NCBI GenBank assembly: GCA_002431845.1
Contig: DJEH01000037.1
Coordinates: 1 to 50,116, forward strand
Source: Prevotellaceae bacterium UBA5903
Lineage (GTDB): Bacteria; Bacteroidota; Bacteroidia; Bacteroidales; Bacteroidaceae
Direction of reading: 5' to 3'
Length of the DNA: 50,116 nucleotides
Part shown: positions 20,939-29,239 of the stretch, piece after piece
Layout: every line of letters starts with the position of its first letter
Position numbering within the stretch: the first letter of the stretch is position 1
Made by a program: the position numbers and the translations under genes
The notes under the pieces: generated by a model
What the model was told of the DNA's origin: nothing
Seen by the model: only the letters and a program-made list of their open reading frames with translations
The model's database searches: none

Positions 20939-21187
20939 ATGGATAGCAATATTCTATTAAATGAAGCTTCACACGTTGATGAAGCTTCTTGGGGTTCTCT
21001 GATTGGAGGCATAGGGGCAAACGATAATTGCAATGAGTTTACTTGCAATAATGGTTTTACCTGCAATGTATTTGACAATTGCAAAGTTAAAGGAATTCTA
21101 AGTCCTGGTTGTATTGTACATAAAGAAACTGGAAAGCTTATAAGCAATAATCCTCTGCCAATGAGCATTGCAAGCTTAAACTTCTAA
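20939..21187 (+). CDS. RiPP precursor peptide A2
   Basis: Leader MDSNILLNEASHVDEASWGSLIGG; core Cx4Cx5Cx5Cx9C; tail LPMSIASLNF. Confidence 0.9.
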   Translation: MDSNILLNEASHVDEASWGSLIGGIGANDNCNEFTCNNGFTCNVFDNCKVKGILSPGCIVHKETGKLISNNPLPMSIASLNF

Positions 21188-21192
21188 CATTT

Positions 21193-21286
21193 AGATGGGT
21201 GGATAAAATCAATTAATATGCCTTTGAATGTTGTTTATAAAAAACATTACAAAATGTCTTAATTAGTTGATTTTAATCACTCATCT
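21193..21286 (+). terminator. Long imperfect hairpin between precursor A2 and barrel 2
   Basis: AGATGGGTGGATAAAATCAATTAAT...ATTAGTTGATTTTAATCACTCATCT, with an inner ATGCCTTTGAATG related to the A1/A3 hairpins. Confidence 0.6.
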
Positions 21287-21338
21287 TTACTTATTTTTAT
21301 TCACATAATCATTATAAACATATAGATCCAAGAAACTC

Positions 21339-23684
21339 ATGAATGCCCTTAAGCAAAAACTTTATTTGTTTTTTCTATTATTAAGTGTTACACAGATAGC
21401 ATATGCACAAAACATAGATATAAGCGGTAAAATCGTAGATAGTCAAAATCACCCCTTGCAAGGAAGCCTTGTACAATTATTAAACGATACGATAAAGATT
21501 GCACAAGGATTGACAAATGATAAAGGGACCTTTAAACTTCATTTAAGAAATAAATCAGATAAAGGAAATAAAAAGACGCTCAAAATATCTTGCCTTGGCT
21601 ATGAAAGCCAATCTATTGAATTAGAAAACAATCTTACCGATAACATAGAGTTAGGCACAATTAGTTTGTCTTTAAAGGCACAACAGATGGGAGAGGCTAT
21701 TGTGAGTACTTCAAGAACAACCCTTACAAATGGTAAAATTATAAAGATTCCAAGTAAGAAGGAAAAAGAGCATGCATCTGATGCTGTAAGTCTGCTCAAA
21801 CAAATGGGACTTGCAGATTTAAATGTGGATTTGAATAAAGGAATAATAAAAAATAGTGTAAAGAATGTAGCTATATATATCAATAATATGCCCGCAACGA
21901 TGGAAGAAGCTTTTGCTTTACCTACTAATGAGGTTGTAAGAGTGGAATACCATACACATCCACAGGGCGAATTTATGGGTGTAGACTACCTTGTGAACTT
22001 CATTACTCGTTCGCCAAAGCATGGAGGACTCTTGATGGGAAGTATTACACAAAACGAGGAAGTTAGTGGAATATATAGATTGACGTATAAAATGTATCAT
22101 AAGAAAAGCCAATTTGGTTTTTCTTATAGTGGCTTTTATCGCGATGACAAGACGTCATATAGTAAAGTTTCGCAGTTTACAAACCCTATAGATAATACTT
22201 CGTTATCTCAACAAGAAATAGCAGATAGAACTATTAATCGTTCACACAGAAATTCATTCGGCTTGTTTCATTATTACAGAACAGATGATTTTTCATCTAA
22301 TTTAGGTCTTTACTTAAATTTGCCCAAAAGCCCTTTGACGCATTCTACAACCACTCGCACACAAGATAATCAACTACAAAAGATCTTGCTTGATGAAAGC
22401 AAATCAAGCCAATCATATACTCCATCCTTAGATTGGAACATTCGTAAGGAATGGAAAAACGGAGATGTACTTAAATCCACGCTTGGTTTGGTTTATGGTA
22501 AAAACAAAGACTATAGTTTAAAAGAGAACCATTTTGATAATGAATCTACGCCCTATTTCTCCTGGATAAACAACACAAAAGAGGATTATTACAAGATTAC
22601 TAATAATATTATTTATTCAAAGTCACTCAATAAGGCTGGACAAATAGATTTCAACTTATATAACATGCATATATGGTTTGACGAAAAATATATGGGTAGT
22701 TTTAAACGTAATATATTGCAATATGATGGGCTTGTATATCCAACTATTGGATATTCATGGAGTTATAAGCAAAAGCTCAACATTTCGCTACAAATGGGAG
22801 CCAAATATATGGTAACAACTCAAACGGATGAAAGCAAAATTGCTCAAACATTCCTTGCTCCAAGTGCTGCGATATCTTACAATTTCAAAAAAGCCTATAT
22901 TAGCTTTTCTTATGGTAATGCCTCGGCAGGTGCTGCCCCATCACATTTGGGAAATGTAGAGCAAAGAATGGATGACATACAAAGCAAACGTGGTAATCCT
23001 ACGCTTAAAAATATGCGACTTCATTCTTTAGCATTACAAGGTTATATACAAATACCTAAAAACATGCTTAGTTGGAGTATTGTTTATAATCCACAACCCA
23101 ATAGCATAAGATGGACAACATTGTATGATAATGGACGTTACGTGCACATGCCTATTAATGATGGCACACACCACCCATTAACAATTACGCTTGGCAATAC
23201 TGCTAATATCACTAATAATCTTCAAGCCACAGTTAATCTCGGTTGGAACTATAACAAAGAAGTATGTACCACATATCCTCATGCAACATCGTCTTTCTTT
23301 GCATATGCCGATTTGCGTTATTGGGTAGGTGCATTTACATTTGGCGCATACTGCTATAAACCATGTAAGACCTATGAAATGTTTGACATGTTTACTCCTA
23401 CCGCACGTCAGCCTTTTACATTCAATGTATATGCCTATTACACGCGTCCACACTATTCACTTAGCATCTCATGTTATAACTTAAACAAAAAACACCCGCA
23501 GATAGTTGAAAGTAGCACTGGTGCTTTGTTCTCTCAATACCAAAAGAACTATACAAGTTTAGAGGAGAAACGAACAGGGTTTGTAACCCTTAAACTTACC
23601 TTTAACTTGCGCTACGGTAATAAAAAATTCCAATATGAGGACTTTGAAATAAAGAACAACTCAAATTCAGCTATTATGAAATAA
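21339..23684 (+). CDS. Outer-membrane beta-barrel / TonB-dependent-receptor-like protein 2
   Basis: Colinear paralog of 18547-20892; both are 781 aa. Confidence 0.8.
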   Translation: MNALKQKLYLFFLLLSVTQIAYAQNIDISGKIVDSQNHPLQGSLVQLLNDTIKIAQGLTNDKGTFKLHLRNKSDKGNKKTLKISCLGYESQSIELENNLTDNIELGTISLSLKAQQMGEAIVSTSRTTLTNGKIIKIPSKKEKEHASDAVSLLKQMGLADLNVDLNKGIIKNSVKNVAIYINNMPATMEEAFALPTNEVVRVEYHTHPQGEFMGVDYLVNFITRSPKHGGLLMGSITQNEEVSGIYRLTYKMYHKKSQFGFSYSGFYRDDKTSYSKVSQFTNPIDNTSLSQQEIADRTINRSHRNSFGLFHYYRTDDFSSNLGLYLNLPKSPLTHSTTTRTQDNQLQKILLDESKSSQSYTPSLDWNIRKEWKNGDVLKSTLGLVYGKNKDYSLKENHFDNESTPYFSWINNTKEDYYKITNNIIYSKSLNKAGQIDFNLYNMHIWFDEKYMGSFKRNILQYDGLVYPTIGYSWSYKQKLNISLQMGAKYMVTTQTDESKIAQTFLAPSAAISYNFKKAYISFSYGNASAGAAPSHLGNVEQRMDDIQSKRGNPTLKNMRLHSLALQGYIQIPKNMLSWSIVYNPQPNSIRWTTLYDNGRYVHMPINDGTHHPLTITLGNTANITNNLQATVNLGWNYNKEVCTTYPHATSSFFAYADLRYWVGAFTFGAYCYKPCKTYEMFDMFTPTARQPFTFNVYAYYTRPHYSLSISCYNLNKKHPQIVESSTGALFSQYQKNYTSLEEKRTGFVTLKLTFNLRYGNKKFQYEDFEIKNNSNSAIMK

Positions 23685-23699
23685 TGTAATTAAATCTAT

Positions 23700-24028
23700 G
23701 GATATAAAGTATATATCGGTGCCAATGTACAACTTGATTTGTTTGAAACTGCGCACATAAAATTAGAATGTCCATATCGCTTAAATCAAAAGGGCTGGAA
23801 GCCAATATTCATACCGCTTGCTAAAGCAAGGAAAAGAATTGAAACCTTATTCTCACAACTTACAGAGCAATTTTTGGTTATCAGAAACTATGCAAAGATC
23901 ATGAGTGGTTTGTTTGCTAGAATAATTAGCAAAATTAGTGCACTTACCATTCTGCAATATGTAAACTTTATCAACAACAAGCCCATCGGCAGAATTAAGT
24001 ATGCACTAAATTAATTCTACCAACGGGT
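23700..24028 (+). pseudogene. IS982-family transposase remnant (3' end plus right terminal repeat)
   Basis: In-frame YIGANVQLDLFETAHIKLECPYRLNQK...RKRIETLFSQL...RNYAK...RIISKI...IKYALN. Ends TTAATTCTACCAACGGGT (IS982 ends read ACCC). The 5' part is absent. Confidence 0.85.
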
Positions 24029-24048
24029 TATTTTTTAATATAACTATT

Positions 24049-24282
24049 ATGAATAGCAATATTCTATTAAACGAAGCCTCACACGTTGATGAAGCTTCTT
24101 GGGGTTCTCTGATAGGAGGAATAGAGGAAGGTGTATGCAATGGTAAGTACACTTGTATTTGTAATGGTGGTTCATGCTACATTAATGGTATGGAAAAGCC
24201 AGGTTGCATCTCCTATAGAGAAACAGCTCCCCTAATTACAAAAAAACATTTGCCAATAGAGATTGCAAAATTGAGCTATTAA
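24049..24282 (+). CDS. RiPP precursor peptide A3
   Basis: Leader MNSNILLNEASHVDEASWGSLIGG; core Cx5CxCx4Cx9C; tail LPIEIAKLSY. Confidence 0.9.
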   Translation: MNSNILLNEASHVDEASWGSLIGGIEEGVCNGKYTCICNGGSCYINGMEKPGCISYRETAPLITKKHLPIEIAKLSY

Positions 24283-24291
24283 CATTGTCTT

Positions 24292-24345
24292 CAATGCTTT
24301 TGAAATGCATTGTTTCAAGTAAATAATGCGTTTTCAAAAGCATTG
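24292..24345 (+). terminator. Hairpin between precursor A3 and barrel 3
   Basis: CAATGCTTTTGAAATGCATT...AATGCGTTTTCAAAAGCATTG, homologous to the A1 hairpin; no clear T-run. Confidence 0.65.
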
Positions 24346-24360
24346 TAATATTTATTGCAC

Positions 24361-26712
24361 ATGATAAATACAAATAAACAAAAATTATCTCTTTTGACAT
24401 TGTTATTTGTTATTATGCAAGTAGCATGGTCGCAAAGCATAGATATAAAAGGGAAAATTACAGATAGTGATAATGGGCCATTGCAAGGTGCTGTTGTAAG
24501 TTTGTTCTGCGATACCATACGAATGAATCAAGTATTTACAAACAACAATGGAGTATTTTCATTACGATGCAAGCATAACTTAAATAAGCCACAAAAATTT
24601 GCTTTACAAATATCTTGCCTTGGATATGAAAGTCAATTGTTTGAGTTGCAAAACGAATTAACTAAAAACATTGATTTAGGTACTATTAGTTTAACATCGA
24701 GTGCACATCAGATGGGCGAAGCTGTTGTTAGTACATCAAGAGTCTCTCTATCTAATGGTATTATCATAAAAGTTCCAAGCAAGATTGAAAAAGAACATTC
24801 TTCAGATGCCATAAGTTTGTTAAGCCAAATGGGGCTTGCAGATTTAAGGGTTGACATGTTCAAGGGGACCATAAAAACTGCAAGTAAAGATGTTGCCATA
24901 TATATCAACAATCTGCCAGCAAGCAAAGATGAAGCCCTTGCATTACATCCGAATGAAATTGTTAGAGTAGAATATCACCCTAACCCACAAGGCGAATTTA
25001 CAGGGATAGATGCGCTTGTAAACTTTATTACACGTTCGCCTGAAAAAGGTGGACTTTTGATGGGAAATATCCTCCAAAATGAAGAAGTCTGTGGAATGTA
25101 TAATTTGACATATAAATTCTATCATAAGAAAAATCAAATTGGCTTTTCATATAAAGCATCCTACCGTAACGATAAACAATCATATACAAAGACTTCACAG
25201 TTTGCTGCCCCGTTAGAAAACACAACATTTATTCGTCAAGAAATGGCAGAAGGCATTGCTAATCGCAATCACAAGAATACCTTTAACTTTTTTCATCACT
25301 ACAAAGCAGATGATTTCTACTCAAAATTAGAGGCATGCTTAGATATAAGCAAAAGACCATTGACGCATACCACAAGTAGGCGTATGCAAAATGGTTTAAC
25401 ACAAATCACTTGGCTTGATAAAACCCAATCGAACAATACTTTCTTACCATCCTTGGAATGGAAAATGCGTAAAGTTTGGGCTAATGGACAGGTTCTAAAC
25501 ACAAGATTTGCTGTTGGCTATGAAAAAAATAAATATTATAGTTTGAATGAGAATCAACTTGATAGCGAATTATATCCATATTTTTCGTGGACGGATAAAA
25601 TAAACGAAAATGGTTACACACTCCATAACGTTTTAAACTATTCAAAAGCATTCAAAAACCAAGGGCAATTAAATATTATATTGTATAACGACCATGTATG
25701 GTATCGTGACAATTATACAGGAGATGCCAAAGCAAAAATATTATTATACCATGGTTGGGTTAGCCCGTTAGCAGGCTATACATGGAACTACAAGCAAAGA
25801 TTTTTTGCAACATTTAATATGGGGTATACCTATGCTGTAACAAAACAAACAAAAGAAGATAAATGCATTGAAAAATCTTTTACTCCAGAAATAAGGTTGT
25901 CTTATAATTTTAAAAAAGCTAACATTAATATACATTATAAAAGTAGAGTATTAAATACTCCGCTCTCGTATGTGGGAAATGTAGAACAAAGCATTGATGA
26001 CATCCAATACAAATTTGGAAATCCAGCATTGAAGAACATGAAAAGCTATGCACTTGTATTGGATGGTTTCGTAAAAATTCCCAAGAGCATGTTAAGTTGG
26101 TATGTAAGCTACATGCCTATTACGCAAATGACAAGGTGGACAACTATTTACGAGAATGGCAAGTATGTGCATACACCTATTACAGATGGCACACATCATC
26201 CTTTGTTTGCATCAGTTGGCTATAACGTAGATATAACAAAGCAACTCCAGTTTAGAGGCAATTTGGGATGGAACTATGAGAAGGAAGTTTGTGCAACACA
26301 TCCGCAAACCAATTCGTCATTCGATATTTATGCCGAATTACGCTATTTTGTAGGTGCATTTACGTTTGGTGCATATTGCTATAAGCAATGTAAGCGTTTT
26401 GGAATGGAAGATATGTTTACACCTACAACACGCTATCCTTTAGCTTTTAGTGTCTTTGCCAACTATGTACGTCCTCACTATTCACTTAGTGTAGCGTGCT
26501 ACAACATAGGCAATCGCATGCAGAAAAAGAGTGAATGCAGTACGGGGGGCTATTTATTCTCTCAATGGCAAAGCAATTATAGCAGTTTAGAGGATAAACG
26601 CAAAGAGTTTATTAGCGTAAAGCTAACCTTCAATCTGCGTCATGGCAACAAAAAAGTCCAATATGAGGACTTTGAGCTAAAGAGCAATTCAAAATCAGCC
26701 ATTATGCAATAA
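24361..26712 (+). CDS. Outer-membrane beta-barrel / TonB-dependent-receptor-like protein 3
   Basis: Colinear paralog of barrels 1 and 2; ATG at 24361 is preferred to TTG at 24355. Confidence 0.8.
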   Translation: MINTNKQKLSLLTLLFVIMQVAWSQSIDIKGKITDSDNGPLQGAVVSLFCDTIRMNQVFTNNNGVFSLRCKHNLNKPQKFALQISCLGYESQLFELQNELTKNIDLGTISLTSSAHQMGEAVVSTSRVSLSNGIIIKVPSKIEKEHSSDAISLLSQMGLADLRVDMFKGTIKTASKDVAIYINNLPASKDEALALHPNEIVRVEYHPNPQGEFTGIDALVNFITRSPEKGGLLMGNILQNEEVCGMYNLTYKFYHKKNQIGFSYKASYRNDKQSYTKTSQFAAPLENTTFIRQEMAEGIANRNHKNTFNFFHHYKADDFYSKLEACLDISKRPLTHTTSRRMQNGLTQITWLDKTQSNNTFLPSLEWKMRKVWANGQVLNTRFAVGYEKNKYYSLNENQLDSELYPYFSWTDKINENGYTLHNVLNYSKAFKNQGQLNIILYNDHVWYRDNYTGDAKAKILLYHGWVSPLAGYTWNYKQRFFATFNMGYTYAVTKQTKEDKCIEKSFTPEIRLSYNFKKANINIHYKSRVLNTPLSYVGNVEQSIDDIQYKFGNPALKNMKSYALVLDGFVKIPKSMLSWYVSYMPITQMTRWTTIYENGKYVHTPITDGTHHPLFASVGYNVDITKQLQFRGNLGWNYEKEVCATHPQTNSSFDIYAELRYFVGAFTFGAYCYKQCKRFGMEDMFTPTTRYPLAFSVFANYVRPHYSLSVACYNIGNRMQKKSECSTGGYLFSQWQSNYSSLEDKRKEFISVKLTFNLRHGNKKVQYEDFELKSNSKSAIMQ

Positions 26713-26740
26713 AAAATGCAGACTTATTATACCATGCAAT

Positions 26741-28984
26741 ATGATAGATGTTTATAAGATAAAACAAAATTTCCTACTTTGGTATAAACTAAAGTTCACA
26801 CCACAGTTCGACCAAATGGATTGTGGCCCGGCTTGTGTGCGCATGGTAGCCTCTTATTGGGGCAAACTATGTCCCCTACCCTTATTGCGACAATGGGCTG
26901 GCATGTCGCGCGAGGGCGTGAGTGTGGCAGGCATACGCGACGCACTTAAGCACATAGGCATGGATTGTATGGTTTACAGAATGAAGTCTTCTGTTCTTGC
27001 CACTAAGTGTCCATTACCAGCAATTCTTTATTGGGACCAAAACCATTTTGTTGTACTCAATGGAGTAAAAAAGAAACATATATGGCAAAAAGAAGAGCAA
27101 GCTAAATATCATTTTAGGATAGCCAATCCTGCGTGTGGACAAACTTGGATGGAACAAGACGATTTTGAGCATCATTGGCTTACAGAAGGCGAAGGGATCG
27201 TGGTGGTAACAGCTCCCAACGAGGGAAATTTTCACGAATATACACCCCCTACCAGCAAACATAGCATGCGGCATTTTGCAAAACAATATGTAAAGCCCTA
27301 CCGTCATTCAATGTTGGCTTTAGGCATTTGCATGTTATTAGGTATTGTGTTCAATTTGCTAACTCCTTTCGTCACGCAAGCATTGGTAGACCAAGGTATT
27401 GCACAAAAAGACTTAGGGCTTATAGGCATGCTACTCTTTGCTCAAGTATGCATATTTTTGGGCAACTTCATACAGAATTTTATAAGCAATTGGGTGGCGC
27501 TATATATGGGTACACACATCAATATCAGTTTACTCAGCGACTATCTGAAAAAGCTGTTACGTTTGCCCATGCAGTTTTTCGACACCAAGAGCACAGGCGA
27601 CTACAACCAGCGCATCAACGACCATACACGCTTGCAAAACTTTGTTACGCAAGGTGCACTACAAACGTTCTTGTCATTGATAACCATACCCGTTTTAGCA
27701 GCTGTCATTGGGTATTATTCGCCCAAGGTGCTATTGGTGTATGCTGTGTTTACATTATTCTCTTTGTTATGGACATTCTATTTTCTGCAACGTCGCAAGG
27801 TTATGGACTATGAGCAATTCAGACTGAATGCTCAAAACCAGAACAAGCTATTTGAGATGATGAATGGCATAACCGAAATCAAACTATCCTCGTACGAAGA
27901 TGCCAAGACCCAACAATGGGAGGAGGTGCAACAACAGTTGTATCGGATGAACAAGCGCATTTTACGTCTAAATCAATGCCAAGACGCAGGTTTTAGCCTT
28001 ATCAGTCAGTTACGAAATGTGCTCATCATATTTTGGATAGCAGCCGAGGTGGTTCACGGAAATCTTACATTAGGTATGATGATGAGCATTTCGGCCATGA
28101 TGGGCCAACTTGATGGCCCGTTATCCTCGCTAATCTCGTTTGTTCGTCAATTTCAAGATGCGCGCATAAGCTTAGAGCGTTCTGAAGAAGTGCGCATTTC
28201 AGACGAAGAAGACAAGGGCCGCAACAAAGAAATGTCAGACGAAGCCTCTTATGCCTATTCGCTGCAAAACGTATCTTACGCTTATCCAGGAGGCGGAGGA
28301 CGAAAGGCTTTAAACGATATTAGCATTGATATTCCTGCTGGTAAGATGACGGCAATTGTCGGTGAAAGCGGTAGCGGAAAAACCACGTTAATGAAGCTAC
28401 TGCTAAACTTTTACGCACCACAGTCGGGGCAGATAATGCTGAACGGAACCAACTTGCAACAATACACCGCTAAGTCCGTAAGACAACATGCAGGGATTGT
28501 AATGCAAGATGGCTTTGTATTCTCTGACACGATAGCACATAATATATGCTTAAATGCTCCTTTCAACGATAAGCAGATGCAAGAAACTCTTAACATAACC
28601 TGCTTAGCTGATTGGGTTAATTCCCTACCGCTAAAACTCAACACCAAAGTAGGCGCAGAGGGCAATGGAATAAGTGGAGGTGAGCGACAAAGGCTTATGA
28701 TTGCTCGCGCTATATACAAAAGTCCTCATTGTTTGTTTTTTGATGAAGCCACAAGTTCATTAGATGCAGAAAACGAACGTGATATAACCGAGCATATCGA
28801 CCACTATTTTGCCCACATCACTCGCATCGTTATTGCACATAGACTCAGTACTGTTTGCCAAGCAGACCAAATAATTGTCATGAACAGAGGCCGCATTGTT
28901 GAAGTAGGAACTCATCAAGAACTCGTAAAGATAAAGGGATACTATTACAACCTAATAAAAAACCAATTAGAGTTGGCCAAATAA
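26741..28984 (+). CDS. Peptidase-containing ABC transporter (C39 PCAT, SunT/LagD family)
   Basis: QFDQMDCGPAC, HFVV, IANPA; TM domain; Walker A GESGSGKT, signature ISGGERQR, Walker B LFFDE, IAHR. Confidence 0.95.
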   Translation: MIDVYKIKQNFLLWYKLKFTPQFDQMDCGPACVRMVASYWGKLCPLPLLRQWAGMSREGVSVAGIRDALKHIGMDCMVYRMKSSVLATKCPLPAILYWDQNHFVVLNGVKKKHIWQKEEQAKYHFRIANPACGQTWMEQDDFEHHWLTEGEGIVVVTAPNEGNFHEYTPPTSKHSMRHFAKQYVKPYRHSMLALGICMLLGIVFNLLTPFVTQALVDQGIAQKDLGLIGMLLFAQVCIFLGNFIQNFISNWVALYMGTHINISLLSDYLKKLLRLPMQFFDTKSTGDYNQRINDHTRLQNFVTQGALQTFLSLITIPVLAAVIGYYSPKVLLVYAVFTLFSLLWTFYFLQRRKVMDYEQFRLNAQNQNKLFEMMNGITEIKLSSYEDAKTQQWEEVQQQLYRMNKRILRLNQCQDAGFSLISQLRNVLIIFWIAAEVVHGNLTLGMMMSISAMMGQLDGPLSSLISFVRQFQDARISLERSEEVRISDEEDKGRNKEMSDEASYAYSLQNVSYAYPGGGGRKALNDISIDIPAGKMTAIVGESGSGKTTLMKLLLNFYAPQSGQIMLNGTNLQQYTAKSVRQHAGIVMQDGFVFSDTIAHNICLNAPFNDKQMQETLNITCLADWVNSLPLKLNTKVGAEGNGISGGERQRLMIARAIYKSPHCLFFDEATSSLDAENERDITEHIDHYFAHITRIVIAHRLSTVCQADQIIVMNRGRIVEVGTHQELVKIKGYYYNLIKNQLELAK

Positions 28985-29020
28985 CAAATAAGGGTGAATA
29001 AGCACTCTAAAGTTAAGAAC

Positions 29021-29069
29021 AAAGCAGTTTGTAAGGCACTATCTACGTGCACATACAAACTGCTTTTTT
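29021..29069 (+). terminator. Intrinsic terminator closing the RiPP operon
   Basis: AAAGCAGTTTGTA...TACAAACTGCTTT followed by further Ts. Confidence 0.75.
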
Positions 29070-29239
29070 GATTTGAATATATTGAATTATTACTGTCCAG
29101 TAAAACTTAGGTAAATAACTCAAAAAACTCCCAACACATTACATAAAAGTAATAAGTTGGGAGTAAAAAATTATTATAAAAGAACAACTACAAGAAAGTG
29201 TTCTTTGAACTATTCAAATGGTATAGGTTGAACATCATA

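Noticed and set aside
23739..24014. 91-aa ORF as an immunity or accessory protein of the RiPP cluster
   Set aside because: The sequence reads as the C-terminus of an IS982 transposase, homology continues upstream of the TTG, and an IS end follows.
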